A stretch of DNA of 64,000 nucleotides from Chrysemys picta bellii (lineage: Eukaryota): contig NC_088791.1 in the NCBI RefSeq assembly GCF_011386835.1, positions 90,954,001-91,018,000 on the forward strand, in the 5' to 3' direction. A model generated the notes under the pieces. The model saw only the letters and a program-made list of their open reading frames with translations. It had not been told where the DNA came from and made no database searches. The translations under genes and the position numbers were made by a program. Below are positions 49,001 through 62,480 of this stretch, one piece after another (positions within the stretch are counted from its first letter, which is position 1; each line of letters starts with the position of its first letter).

Positions 49001-51657
49001 CTCAATATCAGGATCTGGCTGACAAACTGAAGATGTCACCAGGCAGGAGCAGAGGCCCAGGAACGGACTTCCACCACATGAATCCACACATGACACTGTC
49101 TGAGAGGGTCAGCAGGGGTTCTTTGCATTCTCCCTTCCCTCAGAACTCTGAAGGCTCATCTTTGGCTTCGGCATATCACACAAACACTAGGTCTCATGCT
49201 TTTGGTGACCCTAACCAAAGTTTGAATTCCCAGTATCATTACAAAAGGCAGATATACCACCAGCAGCAAGAAGAATACAAAGATTGGAGCAGCAGTTCTG
49301 CACAGGGTGTGATTGCTGCAGCTCAGCACAGGCAGGAAGGGGCAAGGAAGAGTCCAAGACAACAGCAGTTCCTTGAGAGAGTAAGGAGTCCCTTGAAAAA
49401 TGACAAGGAAGCAATGATGTACATCCAGGCTAGCTCTTACCATGATACTGGAAGCCAAGAAGCTGGGCGCTGTCTCATAGGGAGTGATGGTACACAAAAC
49501 AAATGCACCGAATTAAAACATGGTGTCCAGAAGATGCAGCAACAGGAATCTGGTTGGGATCTCTCCCGACAGATCTCTCCTGCCAAGAACAGTGGGCCTC
49601 TAGGAGCAACCAATCAGAAAAGGTTTTGCTCTCAAGATAGTGATGGGCATAGGCGGGAGGAATCTGCGGATTTGCCCAAACCTAGTAATGCGATGCTGAG
49701 GCTCCCTAGCCAAGAAGACCAGTCTCCTCAAAACCCCTTAATTATGAGGAGGAGGGTCCGTTCTTTCATTTCTCCTATTCCCAGCAAAAGACAGTCGCAG
49801 GATATGAAGAACAGTGGCACAGAAGATAAAGGGCGACTGCTTCTCCCCTCAAAGGAAGGAACTGACAAAGCATTCAACTCCTATGCACATTCATCTCTAA
49901 GCCAAGATGCTGGCAAGCCACTCCCAAAGGGAGACTCCTCCAAGGATCTCCAAAGTCCTGACAACAGGAATTGCCCTGCTGTTTCCCTCACAAGCCCGGC
50001 TAAGACCAAAATATTGCCGCCACGGAAGGGGCGGGGATTGAAACTGGAAGCTATTGTTCAAAAGATTACATCCCCCAACATCAGGAGAAGTGTTTCCTCC
50101 AACAGTGCTGAAACTGGTGCAGATGCAGTCACCCTTGACGACATCCTGTCCCTCAAATGTGGACCACCTGAAGGTGGGAGTTTGGTAAGTCATGGACCAG
50201 AGACAGAAAAGAGAAAAGGGGAGACTGTGTCAGATCCAGTGGGGCAAGTGAGCCAGGAATTGACTAGTGAAACATCTCTGCCAAGATCTTCAGAAGAGTG
50301 GCACAGCAGTGGGGATGACAAAGTCAAGAAGGAGACGCCTGAAGTTGCTAGTGTCAGTAAAGAGGTATCTGGGGCCAATGTTGCCACACCACCTTCACAG
50401 AAGTCTGGTAGTCAAGGACGATTAGATGGATCCTTAAGTGGAGCTGGAACTCTGATGTTTCCTGACTCAAAAACAGTTTCTCCTTCCAGTATGTTGATTT
50501 CTGAACCAAACCCAAAGTCTGAAGAAAAAGATGGAGATATGACAAATATTTCACCTAAGCCAGATGGCTTCCCTCCAAAGGGATACTTCCCCTCTGGAAA
50601 GAAAAAAGGGAGGCCTATTGGTAGCGTAAACAAGCAGAAGAAGCAGCAGCAGCAGCAGCCGCCACCACCACCACCTCCTCCACCAGTGCCACTACCACCA
50701 CAGCCATCAGAAGGGACAAGAGGTGGAGAACCAAAACCTAAGAGACAAAGGAGGGAGAGGAGGAAACCTGCAGCACAACCACGAAAGCGGAAAACTAGAC
50801 GGGCCACTCCAATTGTGGAACCTCAAGAACCAGAGATCAAGCTGAAGTATGCCACCCAGTCGCTGGATAAAACTGACACCAAGAACAAGTCCTTTTTCCC
50901 GTACATTCATGTGATAAACAAGTGTGAGATAGGCGCTGTGTGCACAATCATCAATGCAGAGGAAGAAGAGCAGAACAAGTTGGTGAGGGGCCGAAAGGGA
51001 CAAAGGTCACTGACACCCCCTCCTAGCAACACTGAGAGCAAAGTTCTGCCCACCTCAACTTTCATGCTGCAGGGCCCCGTGATAACTGAGTCTTCTGTCT
51101 TGGGGCATCTGGTTTGCTGCCTGTGTGGAAAGTGGGCCAGTTACCGCAACATGGGAGACCTCTTTGGGCCTTTCTATCCCCAGGATTATGCAGCTACGCT
51201 GCCCAAAAACCCGCCTCCCAAGAGGGCCTCAGAAATGCAAAGCAAGGTCAAGGTACGACACAAAAGTGCTTCTAATGGCTCCAAGACCGATACAGAAGAG
51301 GAAGAAGAACAGCAACAACAGAAAGAACAGAGAAGCCTGGCTGCCCACCCCCGCTTTAAGAGGCGGCATCGCTCTGAGGATTGTGGTGGGGCCTCTCGGT
51401 CACTTTCAAGGGGAGCTGCTTGTAAGAAAGCAACCACTGAGGGTGGCAGTGGCAGTGAAAAGACTCCCTTGGACTTAANNNNNNNNNNNNNNNNNNNNNN
51501 NNNNNNNNNNNNNNNNNNNNNNNNNNNNNNNNNNNNNNNNNNNNNNNNNNNNNNNNNNNNNNNNNNNNNNNNNNNNNNNNNNNNNNNNNNNNNNNNNNNN
51601 NNNNNNNNNNNNNNNNNNTATGGGCTGCAGGAAGCTGTGGAAATAGCAAGAGAGATG
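46051..51657 (+). CDS. TCF20: Transcription factor 20 (SPBP), giant first coding exon; CDS partial and continues in exons not found in this window
   Basis: Starts [23 protein letters not shown], the TCF20 N-terminus. It contains Q/S-rich regions, an AT-hook KKKGRPIGS (50599-50625), basic NLS clusters, [21 protein letters not shown] and [13 protein letters not shown]. Acceptor: branch GCTAAC, polypyrimidine tract, CAG| at 46014, so the exon starts at 46015 with 36 nt of UTR. Phase-0 donor ATG|GTGAGT at 51657. The frame is open across the N gap. Confidence 0.98.
51479..51618. other. Assembly gap (140 N) inside the TCF20 exon
   Basis: N run directly visible. The reading frame is preserved across it. 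Confidence 0.99.
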
Positions 51658-52185
51658 GTGAGTACCAGAATTTACTATGTATTGATGGATGAAAGGTTTT
51701 TCCTTTTGCAACCATAGAATTTTTCCTTCCCTGTAATATCCTTTTTTTCTTTCTGCTATACCTCAAGCATCCATGTTTCCTCTATATAAATCTTCAGTAG
51801 TTCCCTTTTGATAAAGGGTAAAAATCCTACTTTAGGTGGTCACCTAGTGAAATTTAGTTTGGGCTGAGATTTTTAAAGCCACCTGAAGGATTTCGATGCT
51901 CTAGTACCTATTAATTTTAATGAGAATTAGTTGTCTGAGGGATTTGTATATCCATGAAGATCTCAGCCTTGTTCTTTATCCAGTTTCTATTAAATACTGA
52001 TTCATATCCTACAACCACAAAAGTGTAGGTGTGGCCTTTGTAGTAGGGAGGCCATTTAGACTAGCTAGTGGTGCTGCAAGCCTGGATCAAGGTGTATTGT
52101 GTGTGTTGATGAGCTTCAAAAAGAGTACTGTCTAGTCCTTATTGGCCAGAAAGATAGTTGCCAGGATGTGAGGACTTGGGGATGT

Positions 52186-54300
52186 CTATATAGATTCCCA
52201 GGCCAGAAAGAGCCATTGTGATCATCTTGCTTGACCTCATGTGTAACACAGGCCATAGATCTTCTTTGAAATAATTCCGAAAGTATATCTTTTTAGAAAA
52301 ACATCCAATCTTGATTTAAAATCTGCCAGTGATGGAGAATCCACCAAGAACTTGGATAAACTGTTCCAGTGGTTAATTACTCTCACTGTTAAAACTTATG
52401 CCTTATTGCCAGTCTGAATTTGTCTGTCTTCAACTTCCAGCCACTGGATTGTGTTATAGCTTTCTCTGCTAAATCGAAGAGCCTGTTATTTAATAACTGT
52501 TCCCCAGGTAGGTACTTAAGGACTATAATCAAGTTCCCCCATAACCTTTTCTTTCTTAAGCTAAACAGATTCAGCTCCTTATGTCTGTCTTTACAGGGCA
52601 TGTTTTCTAATCCTTTAATCATTCTTGTGGTTCTTCTCTGAACCCTCTTCAATTTATCAACATCCTTCTTGAATTATGAACACCAGAACTGGACACACTA
52701 TTCCAGAAGTGGTCGTACCAGTGCCAAATACAGAGGCGAAATAACCTTTCTACTCCTACTCAAGATTCGTCTGTTTATGCATCCAAGGATTACAGTAGCC
52801 CTTTTAGCCACAGCGTCACACTGGGAGCTCATGTTCAGCTGATTATCCACCCCGACCCCCAGTTCTCTTTCAGAGTCACTGCTTCCCTCAGTATTCACCC
52901 ATCCTGTAAGTATGGCCTGCATTTTTTGCTCCTAGATGTATACATTTACATTTAGTTATATTAAAGCATGCATTGTTTGCTTGCACCCAGTTTACCAAGC
53001 AATCAAGATCACTCTGAATCAGTGACCTGAACTCTTCATTATTTATCACTCCCCCAATTTTGCATCGTCTGCAAACTATCATTGATTATTTTGTTTTCTT
53101 CCAAGTCATTGATACAAATGTTAAATAGCATAGGGCCAAGAACCAATCCCTGCAGGACTCCATTAGAAACATATCTGCTCGATGATGATTCCTCAATTAC
53201 ATTTAGAGACGGATCAGCCAGTTTTTAATCCATTTAGTGCGTGTCATGTTAATTGTATATCATTCTAATTTTTAATCAAAATGTTATGTGGTACCAAGTT
53301 AAATGCCTGACAGAAGTCTAAGTATATTACATCAGTACTATTACCTTTATCAACCAAACTTGTAATCTCATCTAAAAAGAGTACCAAGTTAGTTTGGCAG
53401 GATCTATTTTCCATAAACCCTTGTTGAGTGACATTTAATTATATTACTCTCCTTTAATTCTTTATTAATGGAGTCCCATATTATCCACTCCATTATTTTG
53501 CCTGGAATAGATGTTAGACTGATAGTCCTATAATTACCTGGGTCATCCCATTTACCCTTTATAATATTGGCACAACATTAGCTTTCTTCCATTCTTCTGA
53601 ACTTTCCTGGTGCTCTAAAATTTATTGAAAATCAATGTTAACTGTCCAGGAGCTCCTCAGCCCGCTCTTTTAAAACTCTCAGATACAAGTTATCTGGACC
53701 TGCTGACTTCAAAAAATGTCTAACTTTAGTAGCTGCTATTTCACATCCATCTGCGATACTGAAAGTGTTCTCATCTAATTATGAGACTATATCATCTGTT
53801 TTTTTCCAAATATAAAACAAATACTTATTGAACACTTCTGCCTTTTCTTCATTATTATTATTGATTCTACCGTTTCCATATAGCAATGGGCCAGTGCCAT
53901 TGTCAGGATTCTTTTTTTCCTAATATACTTAAAAACTCCTTATTGTCCTTAACTCTGCTGACTATAGATTTCTGTGTTCCTTTGCTTTCCTTAGCAATTG
54001 TCTTCAATTCCTAATTTGTTATTTATATTTATTAATCTCAACTTCCCTTTCTTCCATATGTCATGTTTTTTTTTTGTTTTTTGTTTTTGTTTTTTTTTGT
54101 TTTTTTTTAATAGCTGCCTTCCCTTCCCCTCTAAATCAGGTCAGATTTTAATCATCATGGGCTTCCTCCATTGTGGCTCGTTGGACATATAGTAAATTCT
54201 CAGTTATTCGCTTTTTTTCTGAGTTGGTTCTTCCTCCCAGCTGCTTTGGCTCATAATTGTTTTCAGCTTTGTGAAATTGGCCCTTTTAAAACACCCAAGA

Positions 54301-54366
<66 letters not shown>

Positions 54367-55560
54367 TATTTTACATATTACTGGTTTGGACTTTTATTCT
54401 GCTTGCACAATATAAATGTCAGATACCTAAACTGTCATTAATTTTTAGTTTTGCAATCAGTTCCTCTTGAGGAGGTCTAATATAGAATTCTCCTATGTTG
54501 GTTGCAACACTTTTAAAGTTAGGAAATTGTCATCTAGAATATTTAGAGTTCCAAGGATGTCTTAGTAGTGACAGCATGAGACCTCCAGCATGTCATTCAA
54601 ATTGAAGTCCCTCATGATCATGCAGCTTTTTTTCCTATGTATTTATAGGTAGGTGTGTAAAGTGTTGGTCATTCTGTTCCCTAGCATGATTTGGTGGTAT
54701 GTAGCAGACACCAGCATTAAACCCCCAGTTTGTGCTTTATCTGTTAGGGTGCTGAACCATAGGCATTCAAGGTCATTTTCTTCTGAGTTATCAGTGACTC
54801 GGAAACAGGTAATGTCCATTTTGATATAAAGTGCCACTTCCCCTCCCCTTTTGTCCACTCAATCATTCCTAAATAGGTTATAACAATAGATTATCAACAT
54901 TCCAATTGTGTGACTCATCCCACCAGCTTTCAGTAATACCAGCTATATTGAATTTATGCTCATAAATGAGCAATTCTAATTCTTCTTGTTTGCTACCCAG
55001 GCTCCTAGTATTGGTGTATAGGCAATTAAAGAATTTATCTTCATGTCCTTTGGATCCTTAATTAATTTGGTTCTCAGTATCTGTATTCTTTGCTAAATGA
55101 GTGCTCAAATCTTTCCTAATTTTTACCTTCCCCTTTTATTAGTTTGACGCCTGCCTGACTCTTCCAGCGAGTCTGCCCCAAGGAGATTGGTTTCCCTTAT
55201 ACTGAGGTGGAGACCATTCAAACTGTGCTGTCTCCTCTGATCACAAAAGGTGGACCAATGTTCCACAAAACAAAAGCACTCAAACCTACTTCACTTAGCT
55301 CTAACCACTAGTTAACTTCCAGAATCTTCTGCCTTCTGTCTTCCTTCACTCATGGGACACGAAGGATCACAGAGAAAATTGCTTGGACGTTCTTCAGCAT
55401 GCTTCCAAGTTCCCTGAAGTAATCTTTTATCTGTTGGATATCCTGCAACGCTATGCCATTAGTGCAGATATGAACCATCGCAAATAGATTTTTGCCTGTT
55501 GACTTCAGAAACCTGTCCAATCTTAAAGTGGTGTCTTATGTCTTGGCTCTGGGAAGGGTG
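52186..55560 (-). mobile_element. Old, long CR1 LINE (3' UTR, RT, endonuclease and part of ORF1), heavily decayed
   Basis: ORFs 52389..52652 ([15 protein letters not shown]), 52698..52922, 52888..53082 and 54643..54858 (RGGEVALYIK). DGLHL- and VHICTND-like ORF1 motifs lie on the minus strand near 55200-55480. Confidence 0.85.
54301..54369. repeat. Compound (GT)n(AT)n microsatellite inside the CR1
   Basis: Directly visible. Confidence 0.95.
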
Positions 55561-57731
55561 TAGCATGCCAGTTCTAGGAAAAACAAGTTACAGGATCCCC
55601 TGGTTGTAGATAATGATGTGTATTGCTAGGAGTGGGAGGTTGACACTTGAAACAACTGGAATTGCAGTAGTACAGGGGCAGGCTTCCCTCCTCCTTCATA
55701 CCCGTCACGATTCTCAAAACTTTTTCATATCTCCCTCCATCCAGGTCCTGGCTCTTGCAGAGACCTGGGTCCTTTTGGCTGACACTGCCTCTGCAGCTAC
55801 CTTCTGTTATGGAGGCCTCTCCTTTCCTCAGGCCATGTCTAATGCTATGGGGACTATACCAGAATAACTATGGCTCTGTACATATGCTGGTATTACCCTG
55901 TATTCTAAACACAGCCCACACCAATGGAAGGGGTTTTTCCATCAGTGTAGGAACACTGTCTCCTTGAGTGATGGTAGCTAGGTCGATGGAAGCATCTATG
56001 CTGGAGGTTTGATTGGCAAAGCTATGTTTCTGTGGGGTGAGGATTTTCCATACCTCTGAGTACCATAGCTATGCTGACCTAAATTTTAAGTTTAGACCAG
56101 GCTTTATTCCTTTGACCCTGAATCAGACCATTGCAGAGGAGGCTGTGGATGTTGGGCTTCTTTCTCATTCCTGCTGTGTCCAACTCCACCCTGCTCCTTC
56201 CCATTCTTTTTATTCTTTTGAATAATACTACCTCTGACTCTCATTTCCACTTCCCTCCTTGTTGCTATCATCTACTGTCCACCCAACTCTTTCCCAGTCA
56301 GACTTCCTCTCTGATTTTGACTCTTGGCTGTCTCTCTCATCTGCTCTTTACAATCTCCCACTCTCTCGTCCTGGGTGACTGACCCCTACTTCCATGTTGA
56401 TAACTACTCAACCCTTTTCCTTGCCCTCACCTCCTTTCATTCAGCCTGCAGCCCTGGTTCAGCTCTCCCGCTCATCAAAAGGGCTGTTCACTGGACTTCG
56501 TCTTCACTAAGCACTGCATGCTCGTGTGCATGCACACTCTCTCTCTCTTTATTGCTGAATTCCCCCTCTGATCCCTTTCAGTATCGCCCAAGTGCCCCAC
56601 CCATATCCCTTGTCACTTGGCTTTTCTGTGACTTCTAGTTCATGAGCATTGGTGACTTCTCATCTGCTTTGAGCTATCTCCTACCTACCCTCTCTTCCCT
56701 TTCTTCTACTGATACGGTGGCTGATTCTCTATGCTTCATTCTCCTCTGTTCTTTACTCTTTTGCTCTCTCTCCCATTGTAAGGTCCACCCTGCCATCTTC
56801 CAGTCCTGTCTGACTCCCAGCATCACACTGCGATGGATGTCTGAGAAATCCCATGACTAGGCTGTCTTCCTCCACTACAGGTTCCTTTTCTGCTTCTGTT
56901 CTGCCATCATCTTAGCTAAACAACTCTACTTCTTCACCTTAATTGAATGCCACACCTGCAGTCCCAGCCACCTTTGTTTTGCTCTTCAAGTTTCCCATCT
57001 CCCGCCTTCCCTTATCTCTCTGCACAGGATTTCGCTGATTTCTTCTGGATATATATTTGACAAAATACATTGTGATTTTTTTCCCCCTCCTCTCAGCTGT
57101 GCTGCCTTCCCTGCCTACAACTCTCTCTCCTTTGTCACAGTCCCAGAAGTTTCTCATCTGTTCTTCTCCTTTAACCCCTCCACTTGCTCCAATGATCCTT
57201 TCCCATCCTATCTCCTGATCTTCCACTCACTGACTTTCATCCCTCTCCCTTACTCTTCCCTTTTAACATCTGATCTCTGGTTCTTCTCCTTCACAATACA
57301 AGCATGCTTTAGTCTCTCCCATCTTAAAAAAACCACTCTTGATCCACTTGCATCTCCAACTACCTCCCCATCATTTCTAAGTCTGCTGAACGTGCTGTCC
57401 TACAGTTGCTATCTGGAGTTCCTCTCCTCCAGTTATTTTCTAAACCTCTCCAACTGGTCTGCGCCTTGCACTCCACTGAAACCGCTCTTGCGAAAGTTTA
57501 TAATCCCTTTTTAGCCAAAGCTCAGAACTAGTACTCTATCAGTCTCCTTGACCTCTCAGATGACTTTGATATTCCCTACCATGCTCTTTTTTTTGAAATC
57601 TTGTCCTCCCTTGGCTTCTGTGATTGTCCTCTCCTGGCTCTCCTCCTACCTCTCTCATTGCTCCTTCAGTGGATCCTTTTTCATCCCCCTTCCAACTTTG
57701 TGGAGGCTCCACAGGACCTGTCTTTGGTCCC

Positions 57732-58894
57732 TGTGATGGGTTGGAACCCCCCTGGTCCGAGATGTCACTTGATGAGCTGGGGTCCCACTGGTTCCGCCCA
57801 TTCCACCAGCCTGGGTTTCCTCACCCTGTCCTAGTGGTGCCAGTCCCTCAAGCCTTCTTCAGCGTGCGCGCACACACCCACACCCCAGCTGGACACAGAG
57901 ACACTATCAGTTCTGCATGGGAGAAATCTGCTCAGGGATTCACCCAGCATTCATGTGCACACCTTCTTTGAGGAGTAAACCCAAAATAATATTGTCTTGT
58001 GCAGATCTTTCTATACAGCGCAGTGCAAGCTCATAAAAATTCGCACTCTCCCATGGGTGGAGAGGGATATCCACAGCTTTTTGCCCCCCCCAGATATGAA
58101 TTGCACAAACAGGGTTTTGAACTGAGCAAGAAATAAGTTGATTAACTACAGAAAGTAAATTTTAGGTGATTGTAAGGGATAGCAAACAGAACAAAGCAGA
58201 TTACTGAGCAAATAAAACAAAACATGCAAACTAAGCTTAATACACTCAAGAAACAAGTTACAAAATGTAATTTCTCACCCTAAATGTTGTTTTAGGCAAG
58301 TTGCAGAGTTTCTGTAGCTTAGAGTTCCAGTTATTTCTCTTTATAGACTGGACCCCTGTCTCAGCGTGGACTCAACCCTGCCTTTTCCTTCAGGTGTTTT
58401 TAGCAGTCTTCCTTCCTGGGCAGGCAATGGAGGAGAGTCCTGATTGCCTTCCTTCCCAGACTTAAGTAGGATTTACATAAGACAGGAACCCTTTGTTTCC
58501 AATGGAAAAATACCAGCAGTGTCCAAAGTGGTACTCTGTACCAGGTGACATCAGATGACCCTACAGTGTCAAAGCAACATCCCAGGAAGCTTCTCAGGAA
58601 GGTGGGAGATTAGTGTCTTCAAAGTTCTATTGTCCTTCTTAATGGCCCAATCCAGGCTGGTTGCCTACTATCTGGTGGGCATTCCCCCAAATACACACCC
58701 AGTTGCAATTGTTATATAGTCAATATTCCTAACTTCAGATACAGAAATGTTACAGGCATATAAATACATTCAGTAGGTCGTAACCTTTCCAATGATATCT
58801 CACATGACCCATCTTGCATAAAACATACCTTAGTTATGCCATATTCATTTCATATAACAATATTTCTATGAAAAATATGGGGTGTAGCATCACA
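57732..58894 (-). mobile_element. Solo LTR with 5-bp TSD inserted in the L2
   Basis: TGTGATG...CATCACA termini and GTCCC at 57727-31 and 58895-99. The orientation is a best guess. Confidence 0.85.
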
Positions 58895-59811
58895 GTCCCC
58901 ATCTCTTCTCTTCTTTCTCCCTCTCTACATGTTATCTCTGGGTAATATAATCCACAAACACAACTACTACCATCACTATGCTGATTACTTAGAACTAAAT
59001 CAGTCTCGTATCCAGATAAAATCTTGTTCTGTCTGGCCTCTTCTCATGGATGTCTAGCCATCAGTTCAAGCTCAATGTGGCTAAAACAGAGCTCCTAATT
59101 CCCTGCTACCTCCTTTCTCTGTTACTGTCCACCTGGCCCTCAGTTCTGTAGCTGGAATGTGATCTTCAACTCAGACCTCTCAGTAGGTCCTCACATTCAG
59201 GCTATGTCTAAATCTTGCTGATTTCTTCTGCATAACATCTTGAACATATGACCTTTCCTATTCACAGCTAAATCTCTCATCTAGGCTCTCCTTATCTCGC
59301 ATCTTGACTACTGCAACATCATTTTCTCTGGCTTTGACAAATGCATTATTGCCCCATAGGCATTCAGAATGCTGCTGCAAAGGTTCTTTTTCTAGCCCAT
59401 CACTTTGCATCCCTTCACTGGTTCCCTCTTCTCTTTCACATCAAACAATAAACTGCTCACTTTCAAGGCCTCCTCTTCACAACGTATTCCCATGCTACTG
59501 ATCATCCCTCCTTCACAATAAAAATGTGGACTCCTACATCAGATTGGTCTAAGATTCAAGTCTCCAGTTTCCTCTTAAGGGTTTTGGTTTTTTTTCCTCA
59601 AACAAGCACCTTTGTGCTGTATTCCGTGCTCCCCCTCATGCTTGAGAGTTGCTCCCTGTAAACATCTGCAAAGTTACCTCATTATCCTCCTCAAAACTCT
59701 CCTCTAAACTCTCTTTCACTGTGATGCCTACAGAAAACATGACAACGGTTGGGCTGCTGGTGTGCTAAAACTGCTGCCTATCATGCTGACCAATATTGTC
59801 TCATTGTTTCC

Positions 59812-60860
59812 ATGTAGAGTCAGAGTTTAAGGGCAGAAGGTGCCACTAGATCATCTAGTCAGGTGATACTCAGGCCTCAGTGGTTCAGGAGCCAAATTTG
59901 CGTTTCGCATTACCCAAAAGAACCATAGTAGTATGAATTCATTGTTTCATTCATTCTCTCTCTCTCTCTCTCTAACATAGTAAAAGCATCCTGATTGGTT
60001 AATAATTAAATCACGCAGTGTTTTAATATCATGTGCTGCAAAGAGCTGCAGGAGACGCATTAAAAAGCCACTTGCAGCTCTGGAGCCTCAGTCTGTCACT
60101 GATCTAGTCTGACCTCCTGTATGTCACAGGCTATCAACACCACCACCAGCAGCACCTGCACAGCCAAAATTAGACCAAAGTATTGCACCCACGGGAGACT
60201 AGATTTCATGCCACACAGAGAATAGGAGGGACCGAGGTGTGCCAGTGCCTGAGGGTCCCTGCACTGGTAGAGAAATCATTACGTGAGAGAGACCCAGATA
60301 ATTCTTACAAATGACCTGCATTCATGCTGCAGGGGAAGGCTAAACTCACCTGAGGTCAATGCCAGTCTGACCTGGGAGAAAATTCCTTCCTGACCCCACA
60401 TATGAGCAAAAGCAGCCAGCCAAGCACCTGATAGAGAAAATGTTTAGTGCCACCTGAGAGCCCTGGCTCGCTCTGTCCAATGTCCTGTCTCCAGCTGTGA
60501 CTATACCTGATGCATCAGAGGAAGGAGTTTAAAAAAACAAAAACAAAAAACTGACCCCTGCTGGTGACCGGCTGAAACCCTTATGTAGAAGCTTCTAGAA
60601 ACATAAAACATAAACCGGCATTGAGCCTGGGGCAATTGAGCCTGCTCCTACAATCCCAAGCAACATAGTCGTACGATTGCACTCATAAATTTGTCCATCT
60701 CATTCTCAAAACTAACTAAGTTGTTCGCCCCACAACTCCTATTAGGAGGTGGTGCCATCATCGCATCCCTCTGATGGTTAGGAATCTTTTAATTTCCAGC
60801 TTGAGTTTGTTCATGTCCAGTTTATATTCATTGTGTCAACATTGTCCTTTAGCTCTTAAC
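59812..60860 (-). mobile_element. CR1 3'-end remnant inserted in the L2
   Basis: AGAGTTTAAGGGCAGAAGGTGCCACTAGATCATCTAGTCTGACCTCCTG is the reverse complement of a CR1 3' UTR. Later sequence resembles the CR1 RT tail. Confidence 0.6.
59861..60101. mobile_element. hAT MITE nested in the CR1 remnant
   Basis: 8-bp duplication ATCTAGTC at 59853-60 and 60102-09, with imperfect TIRs GTGATACTCAG / CTCAGTCTGTCACTG. Confidence 0.7.
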
Positions 60861-61419
60861 CCTTCTCTGTCTGTCTATATCCATCTGTTGTCTCTTGTCT
60901 TATGTTCAAATTGTAAGTTCTCGGGGGCAGAGGCAGTCATTTTGCAGTGTGTTTTGTATGGCATCTAGTACAACGGGGGTCCTGGTCTGTGACTAGCACT
61001 CTTAGATGTTCTAGGTAGTACAGATGATATCAACTGCCCTTTCCCCTTCAGCACCATTGCAACCACTAGGACAGTTACTTTTCCTTAGCAGTTTTTTTTA
61101 ACCTGTTGTCCTATTGCAGTAAAATTGTAATGCCAAACTCTTTCAAGGAAGCAGTACATCGTCTCCCATTCAGTATGGAGAGGGTTACACTCAATATGAA
61201 GATCGGAAGGAGAGGATTGAGAAGTGTAGGAGCCACAGGGCATCCTCAGGCATTGGAAAGGCTCAGTTGAACTAGGCTCTGTTATCTTGCTGCCTGAGGA
61301 CAGCCTCCTGGCTCAAACAACCCTTATCTATCTTCCTATGGCTGGTGTGTATATTCTTTCACTCTTCCCTATTCTACTAGTGCATTTTCTTTCTCACCTC
61401 TGACATGCAGTTCATTATT

Positions 61420-62480
61420 CTTATAGTATCGAAGAGAAGAGACCGGTAATAGTAATGGGGGATTTGATTAGAAATATAGATAGTTGGGTTTGCGATGACT
61501 GGGAAAACCTCATGGTGAATTGCCTGCTGGGTTCGAAGGTTGCAGACCTCTTGAGACATCTAGATAGACTTATGTGCAGTGCTGCAGAATAGCCAGTGGT
61601 AGTGGTACATGTAGGTGACATAGGGAAAGGTAGGAGAGAGGTCTTGGAGGCCAAATTTAGGCTGCTAGGTAAGAGCTTAAAGTCCAGGACCTCCATGGTA
61701 CCATTCTTTGAAATGCTTCCCTTTCCACATGCAGGGCTGGTTAGACAGGCAGAATTGCAGGGTCTCAATGTGTAGGTGAGATGGTGTTTGGAGGAGGGAT
61801 TCAGATTTATTAGGAAGTGGGGAACCTTTGGGGAAATGAGGCGCCTATATAGGAAGGATGGGCTCCACCTAACCAAAAACAGAACCAGATTGCTGGCATG
61901 TAAAATTAAAAAGGTCATAGAGGAGTTCGTAAGCTAAGGGCTGCAGGAAAGTCAACAGGTGCAGAGGAGTGCATGGTTTGGACAGACACTGCCTTTAGGG
62001 GAGGTTTTATTAAAAGGGGATACTATATATCCTACTAAAGAGGAAAGGAGAGAAGTTAACAAAGTACACATAGGAACTGAAGAAAAATAGTCAAATGAGT
62101 CCCACTCAGTTACATCACAATGAAGGCAGATAACTAAGTATTGACAAATTTTAATCGGTGCTTTTATACAAATGAAAGAACTCTAAATATGAAGATGGGT
62201 GAACTTGAGTGTCTGGAATTAAAAAAGGACAGTGATGTAATTGGCATCACAAAAACTTGGTGCAATGATGATAATCAATGGGACCCAGTAATATCAGGGT
62301 ACAAAATATACAGGAGTGACAACATAGGTCATGCGGGGTCGGGAAGTGGCACTATATGTGAAAGAAACCATAGAGTCATAGTAAAAATCTTAAGTGAATC
62401 AAACAATACTATGGAATCTCTATGGTTAGAAATTCCATGCTTGAATAATTAGAGTATGGCAGTAGGAATATAACACTGAT
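61420..62480 (+). mobile_element. CR1 5' portion (ORF1 SGNH esterase, spacer and ORF2 endonuclease start) lacking RT and 3' end
   Basis: RPVIVMGD...VVVVHVG...FRLLGK...RKDGLHL (ORF1), and ORF 62141..62452 CFYTNERTLNMKMGELE...GITKTW...GYKIYRSD. Confidence 0.9.

Larger units (their letters stand above)
56200..61010 (+). mobile_element. Ancient L2-type LINE (endonuclease, RT and 3' end) broken by nested insertions
   Basis: Decayed motifs LGD-FHVD (~56370), PILKKP-LDP-NY (~57320), HSTETAL (~57470), LLDLS (~57545), LGP|LLF split by the LTR, HYAD (~58975), LDYCN (~59305) and QNAAA (~59365). The 3' end ATTGTAAG...GGGGCAG resumes at ~60861-61010. Confidence 0.75.

Noticed and set aside
51658-51717. 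C-terminal VSTRIYYVLMDERFFLLQP of the 1916-aa ORF
   Set aside because: This is read-through into the intron past the GTGAGT donor.
46129-51766. Antisense and alternative-frame ORFs overlapping the TCF20 exon
   Set aside because: They are short, explained by the codon bias of the main frame, and have no independent start context or domains.
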